Shown here piece by piece: positions 1-9,550 of a stretch of 64,000 bases of DNA. Position numbers and translations under genes: made by a program. Each line of letters begins with the position of its first letter. Within the stretch, counting starts at the first letter, position 1. The notes beneath the pieces were generated by a model. The model ran no database searches and was not told the origin of the DNA. It saw only the letters and a program-made list of their open reading frames with translations. The stretch lies in the NCBI GenBank assembly GCA_015272195.1, contig JACYMC010000173.1, positions 28,642-92,641 on the forward strand, written 5' to 3'. This DNA is from Candidatus Sericytochromatia bacterium (GTDB taxonomy: Bacteria; Cyanobacteriota; Sericytochromatia; UBA7694).

Positions 1-55
1 CTCAGAACAATCCCTTCCAGACAGGTCAAATGTCCGTTTTGCCGAGCGTTACAGT

Positions 56-2338
56 GTGGTCAAAAAATTGGCGGGTGGGAGTGATGGGGCAACGTATCTG
101 GTCTGGGACGAACAAACGGATGAGCACTGCATTTTAAAACAGATGCAGCTCAGCACCCTGGGCAACTGGAAGCGCCTGGAGCTTTTTAAGCGCGAAGCCC
201 GTACCCTGGCGCATCTGGATCACCCTCAGATTCCGGCTTTGCTGGACTATTTTGAAACCCGTCACGATGATCGGGTAGATTGTTGCCTGGTGCTGCAGCG
301 GGTCAGCGGACAAACTCTGGCGGAGCGGGTTTATCAGGGCCTGCATTTGCCTGAAGACTCCTGTTATCTGATTGCCGTACAGATTCTTAAGATTCTGAGC
401 TATCTGCACCGCTTTAACCCGCCGGTGATTCACCGCGATATCAAGCCCTCCAATCTGATTCTCAACGATCAGGGGGTGGTCTACCTGATCGATTTTGGCG
501 GGGTGCAGGAAGCCCTGGCCCTGGCCGGCGCCGGTGGATCGACCATGATCGGCACCTATGGTTATATGGCCCCGGAACAGTTTTCAGGGCGGGCTTTGCC
601 AGCTTCTGACCTGTATGGTCTGGGGGCCACGCTGGTGTTTCTGCTCTCGGGCCGTGAGCCGGCCAATTTGCCCCAGCAGAATCTCCTGCTCAACTTCAGG
701 CCCTTTGTTGAGTGCTCCGCGCCTTTTGCCAACTGGATTGAACATTTGTTGCTGCCCACACCTGAGCAGCGCTTTCAGGGTGCTGACGAAGCCCTCGAAG
801 TGCTGGAGGCCATTATGCCCCAGTACCGCGTGCTGAGCCTGCCTGCGATTCAGGAGCGTGTTTCGCGGGCCATTCAGCTGGAGTGGCAGACCCTTAATAA
901 ACCCGCGCAAGAGGCTGAAGATGACAGCGTGGTACCGGCCAGCCATGTTTTGCCACCGGGGGCCCTGATTGACGGGCGTTACCGTGTGGAAGCGGTTCTG
1001 GGCCAGGGCGATATTGCCGTGACCTATGCCGTAACCGCTCTGGCCGATCAGCAAAAATGTGTGGTGCGCGAACTGCATTTTGAACGCATGACCAACTGGA
1101 AGAGCTTTGAGCTCTATGAGCGGGAGGTCAGTACGCTGGAACGGCTGAAACATCCTGGACTGCCCCGGCTGGTGGAGCATTTTGAAGTCAAAAACGATCA
1201 GCTGCACCGCTTTTATGTGGTGTCAGAGCAGATTGATGCCCGCAATCTGGAAGAACATCTGCGCCAGGGCTGGCGGCCGACGGAGGCGGAGGTCCGCCAG
1301 GTGGCTGCACAATTGCTGGCGCTGGTGGCTTTTTTGCAGGAACTGGATCCGCCGCTGATTCACCGGGATATCAAGCCCTCCAATATTTTGCGCGATGGTG
1401 CAGGGCAGATTTACCTGATTGATTTTGGTGCGGTGCAGGACGCTTTTCGTCCCCAGGGGGGCGGAGGCTCCACGGTCATTGGCACCTATGGCTATATGGC
1501 GCCCGAACAGTTTGTCGGCAAGGCTGTGCCCCAGTCCGATCTGTATGGCATTGGTACCACCCTGATTCATTTGCTGGCCGGGCGCTCACCTTCTGAGATG
1601 CCCCAGCAGGAGCTTAAAATTCAGTTTGTGGATCAGGTGCGCTGCAGCCAGCCTTTTTATTACTGGCTCGAAAAAATGGTCGCACCGCGCCCGGAAGAAC
1701 GCTTTGCTTCGCCCTGGGAAGCGTCTGAAAGCCTGCGTAAACTGGACAATATGCCCCTGATTTCGGCTGAACTGCTGGCCGAAGCGGAGCGGATTCTGGG
1801 TCCCGGCGATCCAGCCATTGTGATTCAGGAAGGCGTTGATGGTCTGCAGCTGCAGTTAAAGCCCATGCTGCATGATTATCGCAGCCTGCTGGTTCTGCTG
1901 CTGGGGGGCAATGTGGTGGGGCTGCCTGTTTTGCTCAGCATGCCCCAGATTGGCTTGCTGCTGGCATTGGCTTTGCCGCTGGGCAGCGGACTGGCTCTGG
2001 CCGCCATGAAGCAGCATGGTCAGCGTTACCAGACCCAAATCACCGTTGATCCAGACTTTTTTTCTTACCGTACGATCCAGCATCATCTGGGGCAGCCAGA
2101 GGAGGTGATTGAGGATTTGCGCTACCCAACCTTTGCAGTGGCTTCACTTTATCTGGAACAGTATGAGATTCCCAACCGACTGGTGATTCGGGTGCAATAC
2201 TCCCTGGCGGAACGCCCCATTGTCAAAACCACCCGCTATCCGATTGCCAGCTCCGCCAAAAAGGCCAATTATCTTTTAAAACGTCTGCGTGAAACGGTGG
2301 CGTTTTATCAGAAACAGCAGCGTCAGCGCGCTGACTGA
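56..2338 (+). CDS. Membrane-anchored Hanks-type Ser/Thr protein kinase with two tandem kinase domains; the 5' end may extend upstream of the window
   Basis: There are two copies of the catalytic loop HRDIKPSN, of DFG and of GTYGYMAPEQ (residues ~125-175 and ~425-475). The Gly-rich loop LAGGSDGATYLV starts at residue 5 and the frame is open back to nt 2 (GTG at 56). A predicted TM stretch (LLVLLLGGNVVGLPVLLSM...LALAAM) follows the second kinase domain. The C-terminal ~110 aa are unassigned. Confidence 0.85.
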   Translation: MVKKLAGGSDGATYLVWDEQTDEHCILKQMQLSTLGNWKRLELFKREARTLAHLDHPQIPALLDYFETRHDDRVDCCLVLQRVSGQTLAERVYQGLHLPEDSCYLIAVQILKILSYLHRFNPPVIHRDIKPSNLILNDQGVVYLIDFGGVQEALALAGAGGSTMIGTYGYMAPEQFSGRALPASDLYGLGATLVFLLSGREPANLPQQNLLLNFRPFVECSAPFANWIEHLLLPTPEQRFQGADEALEVLEAIMPQYRVLSLPAIQERVSRAIQLEWQTLNKPAQEAEDDSVVPASHVLPPGALIDGRYRVEAVLGQGDIAVTYAVTALADQQKCVVRELHFERMTNWKSFELYEREVSTLERLKHPGLPRLVEHFEVKNDQLHRFYVVSEQIDARNLEEHLRQGWRPTEAEVRQVAAQLLALVAFLQELDPPLIHRDIKPSNILRDGAGQIYLIDFGAVQDAFRPQGGGGSTVIGTYGYMAPEQFVGKAVPQSDLYGIGTTLIHLLAGRSPSEMPQQELKIQFVDQVRCSQPFYYWLEKMVAPRPEERFASPWEASESLRKLDNMPLISAELLAEAERILGPGDPAIVIQEGVDGLQLQLKPMLHDYRSLLVLLLGGNVVGLPVLLSMPQIGLLLALALPLGSGLALAAMKQHGQRYQTQITVDPDFFSYRTIQHHLGQPEEVIEDLRYPTFAVASLYLEQYEIPNRLVIRVQYSLAERPIVKTTRYPIASSAKKANYLLKRLRETVAFYQKQQRQRAD

Positions 2339-3402
2339 GGGGTGGTTGTTTCGGGGGGCTGTGCCGGTGTGGGGAGCTGTCCGCTGGCCAGATACTCACG
2401 CACCACGCTGAGACTCTGCTCAGGCTGCTCCCAGAAGAGATCATGACTGCTCTGGGGCACAATGCGCAGCGCGGCCCGTGCAAAGAGCCGCTGCTGGCGC
2501 GACTGAAAACGGGGACCGGTGATCTGGTTGCATTCGCCGCTCAGCAGCAGGACGGGGATCTGAATCTTGTCGAGGCCTTTTAAAAAGTCCAGCTGAATTT
2601 TACCCTGGCCATCGACCACGGCCTGGGTTTGCATCTTCCAGGCCCGAAAGCCGCCACGCCAGCTGCGCTCAGACAGGTCAGCCGGCAGCTGCTGATCACA
2701 ATAATAAGCGGCCTGCGTGCGGATCTGACCAAAGACAAAGTCGCGCCGGGCATCCGGGTCGATGGCGGGGACATGAAAGGATCGGCCCCAGCTGCTGGCG
2801 GTTCGCAGCAGCTGGCTGCTGGCCCCACGCTGGCCGGCAAACAGAACCTGTGCGGCCATCTCGGCGTTTAAAAATCCGGGCTCAGCCAGTACCAGGCGCG
2901 TTACGCGCTGCGGGTGCTCTGCAGTATAAGCGGCGGCCAGCATGCCGCCCCAGCCGTGGCCAAGCAGCTGTACCGGCTTTGTGCCGGCGTGCTGATCAAT
3001 GACGGCGGCCAGATCCTGCCGGGCCTGTTCCAGGGTCAGTTCGGTATCGGCTACCCGCTCTGAGAGGCCGCTGCCCCGCTGATCATAAAACAGGATAAAA
3101 TGCTGATCAGACAAAGCTTTGAGCGGCAGCAGACTGCGATAATCGCCGCCAGGCCCGTCATGCACCACGACCACAGGCGGCAAATGGCTGGCGCCAAAGG
3201 TCTCTGCATGCAGTGTGGTGTCTTTGAACGCAATTCGGGGCAGCGCAGGCTGGCTGCTGACGGTTTCCTGCTGGCTGTAATCGCCCCGGCTGCTGAACCA
3301 CAGCAGCGCAAAAGCCAGTACAGGCAGACAAAAAGCGGCCAGCAGGCCCAGTAAAAAGCGTTTGATTTTGGGTGGCATAGGGATCAACTTAGCAGAAGCC
3401 AC
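2323..3402 (-). CDS. Alpha/beta-hydrolase fold protein (proline iminopeptidase/epoxide hydrolase-like) with an N-terminal membrane anchor; the nucleophile-elbow Ser is replaced by Gly (GHGWGG)
   Basis: It carries the HGxP-type motif VVVVHDGPGG and the nucleophile elbow LLGHGWGGMLAAAY. The Gly codon at the Ser position is nt 2953-2955. There is an N-terminal hydrophobic segment (FLLGLLAAFCLPVLAFALLWF). It overlaps the convergent kinase gene by 16 nt. Confidence 0.7.
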   Translation of the reverse strand: MASAKLIPMPPKIKRFLLGLLAAFCLPVLAFALLWFSSRGDYSQQETVSSQPALPRIAFKDTTLHAETFGASHLPPVVVVHDGPGGDYRSLLPLKALSDQHFILFYDQRGSGLSERVADTELTLEQARQDLAAVIDQHAGTKPVQLLGHGWGGMLAAAYTAEHPQRVTRLVLAEPGFLNAEMAAQVLFAGQRGASSQLLRTASSWGRSFHVPAIDPDARRDFVFGQIRTQAAYYCDQQLPADLSERSWRGGFRAWKMQTQAVVDGQGKIQLDFLKGLDKIQIPVLLLSGECNQITGPRFQSRQQRLFARAALRIVPQSSHDLFWEQPEQSLSVVREYLASGQLPTPAQPPETTTPQSAR

Positions 3403-3420
3403 GCTGTGCGGCTACGGGAT

Positions 3421-3735
3421 TCACAGCTCTGGGTAAGACTTGCTGCGCAGGGTACCCGTTTCGGGATCATAATCCAGATCTTCGGGGTGGTGTACCGCTT
3501 TCAGATCGAGATCCTGGAGTTTGGCCGGATATTTGCCGTGCTGCAGATGGTAGCTTTGCAGAGCCGCCGTCAGCAGGGTGAGATCTGAGAGCGCTTTGGA
3601 GCGGTCAATTTGCTGAACCGTTCTTTTTGCACCCTCAGCGACGGTTTCCTGGCTTTCCTGGGCCATCTCACAGCCGCTGCTGAAACATATCAGCACAATC
3701 AGCAGGGCTTTTGGGGCCCACGAGAAGCTTTGCAT
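3421..3735 (-). CDS. Small secreted lipoprotein, hypothetical
   Basis: A signal peptide with lipobox FSSGC is present. A GGGGG Shine-Dalgarno lies 5 nt before the ATG at 3735, and a TATAAT (minus strand) lies ~25 nt upstream. The longer ORF to 3756 starts with GTG and lacks an SD. Confidence 0.5.
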   Translation of the reverse strand: MQSFSWAPKALLIVLICFSSGCEMAQESQETVAEGAKRTVQQIDRSKALSDLTLLTAALQSYHLQHGKYPAKLQDLDLKAVHHPEDLDYDPETGTLRSKSYPEL

Positions 3736-3821
3736 GCATACCCCCTTGAAGAACACTTGTTATTATTATACTGTGCCCTGTGCCATCCGACAAAAAATCC
3801 TTGTGAGGCCAACATTACTTT

Positions 3822-4544
3822 ATGCAGACCGTGTCCGTTACCCTGATTGAAAAACAGATTGAAACCCCCACAGTCTGCCGTCTGAGCCTGGCTGTAGAGG
3901 CCCCCTTTACTTATTATCCGGGGCAGTGGATTGACCTCTTTGTGCGCCGTGAGCAGCACCAGGAAGTGCTGGGGGTTTCACTGACCTCGGCGCCGGCAGC
4001 TGATCCCGGCCAGAATACCCGGCTTGAAATTGCCGTCAAGCGCTCAGCGCATCCCGTGACCGGCTACCTGCACGATCAGGCCCAGCCGGGTGATCGTTTT
4101 GAAATCTCTCCCCAGGGTATGGGAAGGGTCTATTTTGAGCCCCGTCTGGGCGATGAAGTGGTGCTGATGGCCGGAGGCATTGGCGTCACGCCCTTGCTGA
4201 GCATGTTTCGGGCCATTCGCGATCGCTTTACAGATACCCGTGTGACGCTGCTTTACAGCGCCAGCACGGCAGATGAATTTGCTTTTGGCCGCGAACTGCG
4301 CGAGAGCGCTGCCGCCGACGCCCGCCTGCAGGTGCATTTCTTTGTACGTGCTGACGCTGCAGAGCCGATCCCCGACTGGGTGCAGCAGCGCGGCCGCATC
4401 GATGCGGCCGCGCTGGAACGGTTGGATCTGCCCGTGCTGGCGCATTACTTCTTGTGCGGCCCCCAGCAGATGCTGACTGACTTACATGCGCTGCTGCGCC
4501 AGCGGGGCGTGCTGCGCGAATGCATTCATTATGAATCCTGGTAG
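3822..4544 (+). CDS. FAD/NAD(P)-binding oxidoreductase (ferredoxin-NADP reductase-like fold)
   Basis: It has an FNR-like beta-barrel region (RLEIAVKRSAH.. GYLHDQAQPGDRFEI) and the NAD-binding motif VVLMAGGIGVTPLLSMF. Confidence 0.7.
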   Translation: MQTVSVTLIEKQIETPTVCRLSLAVEAPFTYYPGQWIDLFVRREQHQEVLGVSLTSAPAADPGQNTRLEIAVKRSAHPVTGYLHDQAQPGDRFEISPQGMGRVYFEPRLGDEVVLMAGGIGVTPLLSMFRAIRDRFTDTRVTLLYSASTADEFAFGRELRESAAADARLQVHFFVRADAAEPIPDWVQQRGRIDAAALERLDLPVLAHYFLCGPQQMLTDLHALLRQRGVLRECIHYESW

Positions 4545-4571
4545 TGCTCAGCGCCAGTTTTACGGCTGCTG

Positions 4572-5615
4572 TTACTGTCCCTGAAGAAAGCGTTTTTCAA
4601 ACTCCTGCCGATAAGCAGCTGCCAGATCGCGATGGTGCAGAATCAGCACATTTTCATCGTTGCTTTGATCCGCATTCCGGCTGAAATTATATGAGCCGGT
4701 GATCACCGTTTGTTGATCGATGATCATCACCTTGTGGTGCATCGCACCCGGATTGCCGTCCCGGCGCAGATCCAGGCCGGCCCGCTGAAGCGGGCCGTAG
4801 CTGCTGTAGCGGCTGCCTGCTCCCCGGCTTTCGTACAGACCCCGCACCGATACACCCTGCTGGTGCTTTTGCAGCAGCACCTCCTGCATGGCTTTATCGG
4901 TAAAGGCAAACGCCATAAACACAATCTCCTGCCGGGCCGCTTTCAGCAGATCCAGTATCCGCTCACGCACCGGGTCTTCGGGTGAAAACAAGACTTCGAC
5001 TTCCAGCGCCCCGGTTGTGCCAGGCAGGCTGAAGAGTGCTGGCAGGGGCTGACGCGGTGAACGCGGTCCAAAAGCCTGCTTCAGGAACATTTCTTCAAAT
5101 TCAGCGGTGTACAGGGCAGCCATCTCTTGGTGTTCGAGGATGATCACGTTGTTGTTATTGCGCTCCACACCATTGGGGGTCAGGTTCAGGGAGCCGCTCC
5201 AGACGCTCTGGCCGTCGCGCACCATAAACTTATGATGCATAAAAGCTGAGCGCTGATCTTCAATCACAGGCACCTGCCCCGCTTTAAGAGCCTGTATGAC
5301 CGGGGTGTCGGCATGGTCGCTGTCGGTGACCACCCTGATCTGAACCCCGGCGGCCTGGCGCGCCAGCAGCACTTCACCCAGACAGGGCAGGCTGATCTCA
5401 AAGGCGGCAATATCCAGACTGCGCTGGCTCTGGGCTACCCAGCTGCAGATCTGGTCGCTCTGTTCAGCGACAATCGTTTCCTGAGCGGGTTCGGTGAACC
5501 AGACCATATAGGGCGCTGTTGCCGGTGGTTGCTGATGCTGCCACCAGAACCAGCAGGCGCTGAGCAGACCCAGCGTTAGACTAATCAGCAGCAGGCGAAA
5601 CATCCAGGATTTCAT
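4572..5615 (-). CDS. Phospholipase D-family protein with two HKD motifs and an N-terminal signal/anchor
   Basis: The HxKxxxxD motifs are HHKFMVRDGQSVWSGSLNLT...N and HHKVMIIDQQTVITGSYNFS...N. The N-terminus is hydrophobic (LLLISLTLGLLSACWFWW). Confidence 0.8.
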   Translation of the reverse strand: MKSWMFRLLLISLTLGLLSACWFWWQHQQPPATAPYMVWFTEPAQETIVAEQSDQICSWVAQSQRSLDIAAFEISLPCLGEVLLARQAAGVQIRVVTDSDHADTPVIQALKAGQVPVIEDQRSAFMHHKFMVRDGQSVWSGSLNLTPNGVERNNNNVIILEHQEMAALYTAEFEEMFLKQAFGPRSPRQPLPALFSLPGTTGALEVEVLFSPEDPVRERILDLLKAARQEIVFMAFAFTDKAMQEVLLQKHQQGVSVRGLYESRGAGSRYSSYGPLQRAGLDLRRDGNPGAMHHKVMIIDQQTVITGSYNFSRNADQSNDENVLILHHRDLAAAYRQEFEKRFLQGQ

Positions 5616-5657
5616 GGGGGTATTATACCCTTTCCGGCAGTCTGGCTGTGCGGGAGC

Positions 5658-6608
5658 CTAAGCTTTCAGCCCTGCCTGATGGGCTATCGCAGGGGCTTCG
5701 CTTTCAGCAGGGTTCAGCAAAGCCTCAATCTGGGCATCTTTGTGCTGCCAGAGGCTGTTGACCCAGTTCTGGATTTCGCTGCGAAAGGTCTCGTCGTTCA
5801 GGTAATCACGGTCCATCACGCCCGCCGGTACCGGCAGGGCCCGGACCCGCACCACCACTTCGGGAATTTTGCCGCTCAGCAGACACCAGAAAATATTTTT
5901 GGGCCGGTTCTGGGGGTAGAGAATCGTAACGTCCAGTACCTGCTGCAGGTAGTCGCCCAGGCTGGAGAGAGTCAGGGCCACCCCGCCGGCTTTGGGGTTC
6001 AGGAGATGCTGATAAACCGATTGGCGTGCTTTCTGCTTGGCCGGGGTAAAGCGGCTGCCCTCTAAAAAGTTGATCACCGAAACCGGGTAGTGTTTGTAGC
6101 GGGCGCAGTACTTCTGGGTGGTTTCCATATCTTTGCCGCGCAGGTGGGGATGTTTTTCCAAAAAGGCCCGTGAGTAGCGCTGCATAAACGGAAAGTCCAG
6201 CGCCCACCAGGCCAGGCCCAGCAAAGGCACCCAGATCAGCTCCTTTTTTAAAAAAAACTTCAAAAAGGGAATCCGACCTTGAAAAATATGCTGCAGCACA
6301 AAGATATCGGTCCAGGAGCGGTGGTTGCTGATCACCAGATAGGAGGCCTTCGGATCGAGGTTTTCAAGGCCCTGAACGTCCCAGCGGGTCTGCTGGGTCA
6401 GGTGCAGAATCAGGCTGTTGCAGCGCACCCAGCTTTCGGCCAGGGGGATCAGGCCACGGGCGCAGAAGGTCTGCAGCGCCTTGATGGGCAAGAGTTTCAG
6501 CAACATAAAGGGCAAAAACAGGCTGAACCAGAACGCTGTATTGAGACAGATCAGGGCGGCAGTGAAGAGCCCCAGCAGCGGGGAGGGCAGAAATGACAGC
6601 ATAAGCAC
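5658..6608 (-). CDS. Lysophospholipid (1-acyl-sn-glycerol-3-phosphate-type) acyltransferase-family membrane protein
   Basis: It has the HX4D acyltransferase motif (ISNHRSWTDIFVL) and an N-terminal TM region. Confidence 0.7.
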   Translation of the reverse strand: MLMLSFLPSPLLGLFTAALICLNTAFWFSLFLPFMLLKLLPIKALQTFCARGLIPLAESWVRCNSLILHLTQQTRWDVQGLENLDPKASYLVISNHRSWTDIFVLQHIFQGRIPFLKFFLKKELIWVPLLGLAWWALDFPFMQRYSRAFLEKHPHLRGKDMETTQKYCARYKHYPVSVINFLEGSRFTPAKQKARQSVYQHLLNPKAGGVALTLSSLGDYLQQVLDVTILYPQNRPKNIFWCLLSGKIPEVVVRVRALPVPAGVMDRDYLNDETFRSEIQNWVNSLWQHKDAQIEALLNPAESEAPAIAHQAGLKA

Positions 6609-6779
6609 ATATATCCTTTGGATCAGTCAGGGTGACATGCATCTATTTTAGGATATGCTGCAGACCGGTCGCTGTCAAATTGTCACAGAACGGTCAAAGC
6701 CGGGTCAAGTGGCTGTATTTTTTGCCGTTTACCCTGATTCTGGCGTAAGCTGAAGCAATATCTGAAACGAGGCGTATTC

Positions 6780-8078
6780 ATGTCCAGCGCTCTGACACTC
6801 CAGCCCGGCGGCCCCCTGCGAGGGCAATTGACCGTTCCGGGCGATAAATCCATTTCACACCGTGCCCTGATTTTTGGTGCCCTGGCCGAGGGGACGTCTT
6901 CTTTTGAAGGACTTTCGGATGGCGCCGACGTGGCGGCTACCCGGCATTGTCTGGCAGCCCTGGGGGTGGGCTTTGAAGACCATTCTGAGGGTTTAAGGGT
7001 TCAGGGTGTTGGGCTGCAAGGCCTGAAAGCCCCTGCTGAAGCCCTTGATTGCGCCAACTCCGGCACCACCCTGCGTCTGCTGATGGGCGTGCTGGCGGCC
7101 CAGTCCTTTGCCAGCCGCCTGATCGGAGATGTTTCCCTTTCGCGACGTCCCATGGGCCGGGTGGCTGAGCCCCTGCGTCAGATGGGTGCAGAGATCGGCC
7201 TGACTTCAGAGCGCTTTGCACCGGTGCAGCTGCAGCCGGCGCGCCTGCGGCCGCTGGATTATGTGCTGCCCGTGGCGTCGGCCCAGGTTAAATCGGCGCT
7301 TTTGCTGGCTGGTCTCTGTGCGGGTGTACCCGTCAGCCTCAGTGGCGCGCTGGCCAGTCGCGATCACAGTGAACGGCTGCTGCCTGATTTTGGTGTGCAG
7401 CTTTTGCAGCGCCCCGACCAGATTGGCTTGCAGCCTCAGCCTTTGCAAGCTTGCGCCTTAAAGATTCCGGGGGATTTTTCGTCGGCGGCCTTCTGGCTGG
7501 CCGGGGCTTTGCTCTTGCCCGGCAGTGAACTCCTGCTGGAAGGGGTGTCACTGAACCCGACCCGCACGGGCCTTTTGCGGGCCTTGCAGCAGATGGGCGC
7601 TTCCATTGAAGTGCAGTCACAGAGCCAGCAAAGCGAAAGCTGGGGCAGCCTGCGCGTGCGTTCAGGCCCCCTGCAGGGTATTCAGCTGGACGAAGCCGAA
7701 ATCCCCTTTATTATCGACGAGCTGCCCCTGCTGATGTTGCTGGCCACCCAGGCTGAAGGCGAAACGCTGGTGCGCGGGGCGGCTGAGCTGCGCGTCAAAG
7801 AAAGTGATCGTCTGGCGGTGATGGCCGATAACCTGCAGCGCATGGGCGTGCAGCTTGAGCTGTTTGAAGATGGCTTTGCGATCAGGGGCCCACAGCCTTT
7901 GCAGGGTGCTGCACTGCTGGCCCATCACGATCACCGCATTGCCATGACCATGGTGCTGGCTGCCCTCAGTGCCAGGGGCCCTTCACGGCTTCAGGGTGCT
8001 GAGGTCATGGCGGTGTCTTACCCAGGCTTTCTGGCCGATCTGAGCCGCTTACAATTATCTGAGGAGCCTTTATTATGA
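6780..8078 (+). CDS. aroA: 3-phosphoshikimate 1-carboxyvinyltransferase (EPSP synthase)
   Basis: EPSPS signatures are present: LTVPGDKSISHRALIFGALAEG, LDCANSGTTLRLLMGVLA, and RVKESDRLAVMADNLQRMG near the C-terminus. Confidence 0.92.
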   Translation: MSSALTLQPGGPLRGQLTVPGDKSISHRALIFGALAEGTSSFEGLSDGADVAATRHCLAALGVGFEDHSEGLRVQGVGLQGLKAPAEALDCANSGTTLRLLMGVLAAQSFASRLIGDVSLSRRPMGRVAEPLRQMGAEIGLTSERFAPVQLQPARLRPLDYVLPVASAQVKSALLLAGLCAGVPVSLSGALASRDHSERLLPDFGVQLLQRPDQIGLQPQPLQACALKIPGDFSSAAFWLAGALLLPGSELLLEGVSLNPTRTGLLRALQQMGASIEVQSQSQQSESWGSLRVRSGPLQGIQLDEAEIPFIIDELPLLMLLATQAEGETLVRGAAELRVKESDRLAVMADNLQRMGVQLELFEDGFAIRGPQPLQGAALLAHHDHRIAMTMVLAALSARGPSRLQGAEVMAVSYPGFLADLSRLQLSEEPLL

Positions 8079-9391
8079 AGCAACCCTGTCTGCTACTGAG
8101 CCTTTTATTGTTGCTGGCCTGCCAGGGCGGTGAACCCGCCGATACGGCGTCGGCTTCAGTGCCGGATGCTTTGCTGCCCACACAGGACCCGGACGCCCCT
8201 GCCACAGCCGGGGTGGATGGTATCAGCGTGCCAGCCGGCTTTGCGGTCAGTCTTTTTGCTGAAGGGGTCGGCCGTGCGCGTCATCTGGCTGTGCGCGCTA
8301 ACGGGGATGTTTATGTGCGCCTGCAGTCGCCGCAGGCTGGCCATTGTGCGGTGGCCCTGCGTGACGATAACGGTGACGGCCAGGCCGATACCATCACGCC
8401 CTTTGACAGCGGTGAATGCGGTACGGGCATGCGGGCGACCGCTGACTATCTCTATTTTTCTTCAGATACCACCGTCTACCGGGCACCTTTTGTAAACAAT
8501 CAGTTGCTGCCTGGTCCCCGTGAAACCCTGGTTGAAAACCTGGGTGATCTGCCTTCGCACCAGGCCCGCTCTCTGGCACTCGACGGGAAGGGCGGGCTTT
8601 ATGTCAACGTTGGCGCGCCCTCCAATGCATGTCAGGTCGACGACCGCCAGCCCGGCTCACCCGGTCAGGATCCCTGTCCGCTGCTGGAAGCCTATGGCGG
8701 CATTTACCGCTTTGATGCGGCCAAAGCCGGTCAGGACAAAATCCGCGATGGCCAGCGTTATGCCACGGGGATTCGCAATGCAGTGGCTTTAAACTGGCAC
8801 AGCGATCTGAACCAGCTGTATCTGGTGCAGCATGGTCGTGATCAGCTCAATACCCTCTACCCTGATCTCTATAGCGCCGAGCAAAATGCCAGCCTGCCGG
8901 CAGAAGAGTTTTTACAGGTGAGTCAGGGCGATGATTTTGGCTGGCCGTACTGTTATTATGACCCCTTTGCCCAGCAGCGGGTGCTGGCACCTGAATATGG
9001 TGGCGATGGCAAAAGTGTGGGCCGCTGCGCGCAGTATAAAGCGCCAGCGCTCGACTTTCCGGCCCATTATGCCCCCAATGACCTGCTCTTTTATCAGGGT
9101 AGTCAGTTTCCCGAAAGTTATCGCCAGGGGGCATTTATTGCCTTTCACGGCTCCTGGAATCGCCAGCCTCTGCAACAGGAAGGTTATCAGGTGGTTTTTG
9201 CGCCCTTTGCTGAGGGCAAGCCCAGCGGCAAATGGCGCGTCTTTGCCGATGGTTTTGCCGGCCCCGGTCCCATTCAGCGATCCGGTGATGCCCGCTACCG
9301 GCCCATGGGTGTGGCCGAAGGCCCCGACGGCAGTTTGTATGTGGCTGACAGCAAACAGGGGCGGATCTGGCGGATTACCTATCCGGGCTGA
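8075..9391 (+). CDS. Lipoprotein with a soluble PQQ-dependent aldose/sorbosone dehydrogenase-like beta-propeller
   Basis: The signal peptide with lipobox LLLACQ starts in an ATGA overlap with the aroA stop. The C-terminal motif GPDGSLYVADSKQGRIWRITY is typical of the glucose/sorbosone dehydrogenase propeller family. Confidence 0.6.
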   Translation: MKQPCLLLSLLLLLACQGGEPADTASASVPDALLPTQDPDAPATAGVDGISVPAGFAVSLFAEGVGRARHLAVRANGDVYVRLQSPQAGHCAVALRDDNGDGQADTITPFDSGECGTGMRATADYLYFSSDTTVYRAPFVNNQLLPGPRETLVENLGDLPSHQARSLALDGKGGLYVNVGAPSNACQVDDRQPGSPGQDPCPLLEAYGGIYRFDAAKAGQDKIRDGQRYATGIRNAVALNWHSDLNQLYLVQHGRDQLNTLYPDLYSAEQNASLPAEEFLQVSQGDDFGWPYCYYDPFAQQRVLAPEYGGDGKSVGRCAQYKAPALDFPAHYAPNDLLFYQGSQFPESYRQGAFIAFHGSWNRQPLQQEGYQVVFAPFAEGKPSGKWRVFADGFAGPGPIQRSGDARYRPMGVAEGPDGSLYVADSKQGRIWRITYPG

Positions 9392-9550
9392 TGCTGTCCG
9401 GGGCCTTTTTGCGGCTGGGCTGGCCTTTGCGTTTTGTTAAAATTGTATGTGCAAAGGGCACAAGTGGCGTCTGAACCTGTAAAATGCTTCTTTGGCGTTA
9501 ATTGTCTGACAATTTAAACTGCCCAATGATTGTTTTAATTTAGAGGTCCC

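Noticed and set aside
8931-9440. 169 aa plus-strand ORF overlapping the 3' half of the PQQ-dehydrogenase-like gene in another frame
   Set aside because: It is an alternative-frame ORF inside a gene with clear family motifs. Its product is Ala/Pro/Arg-rich low complexity.
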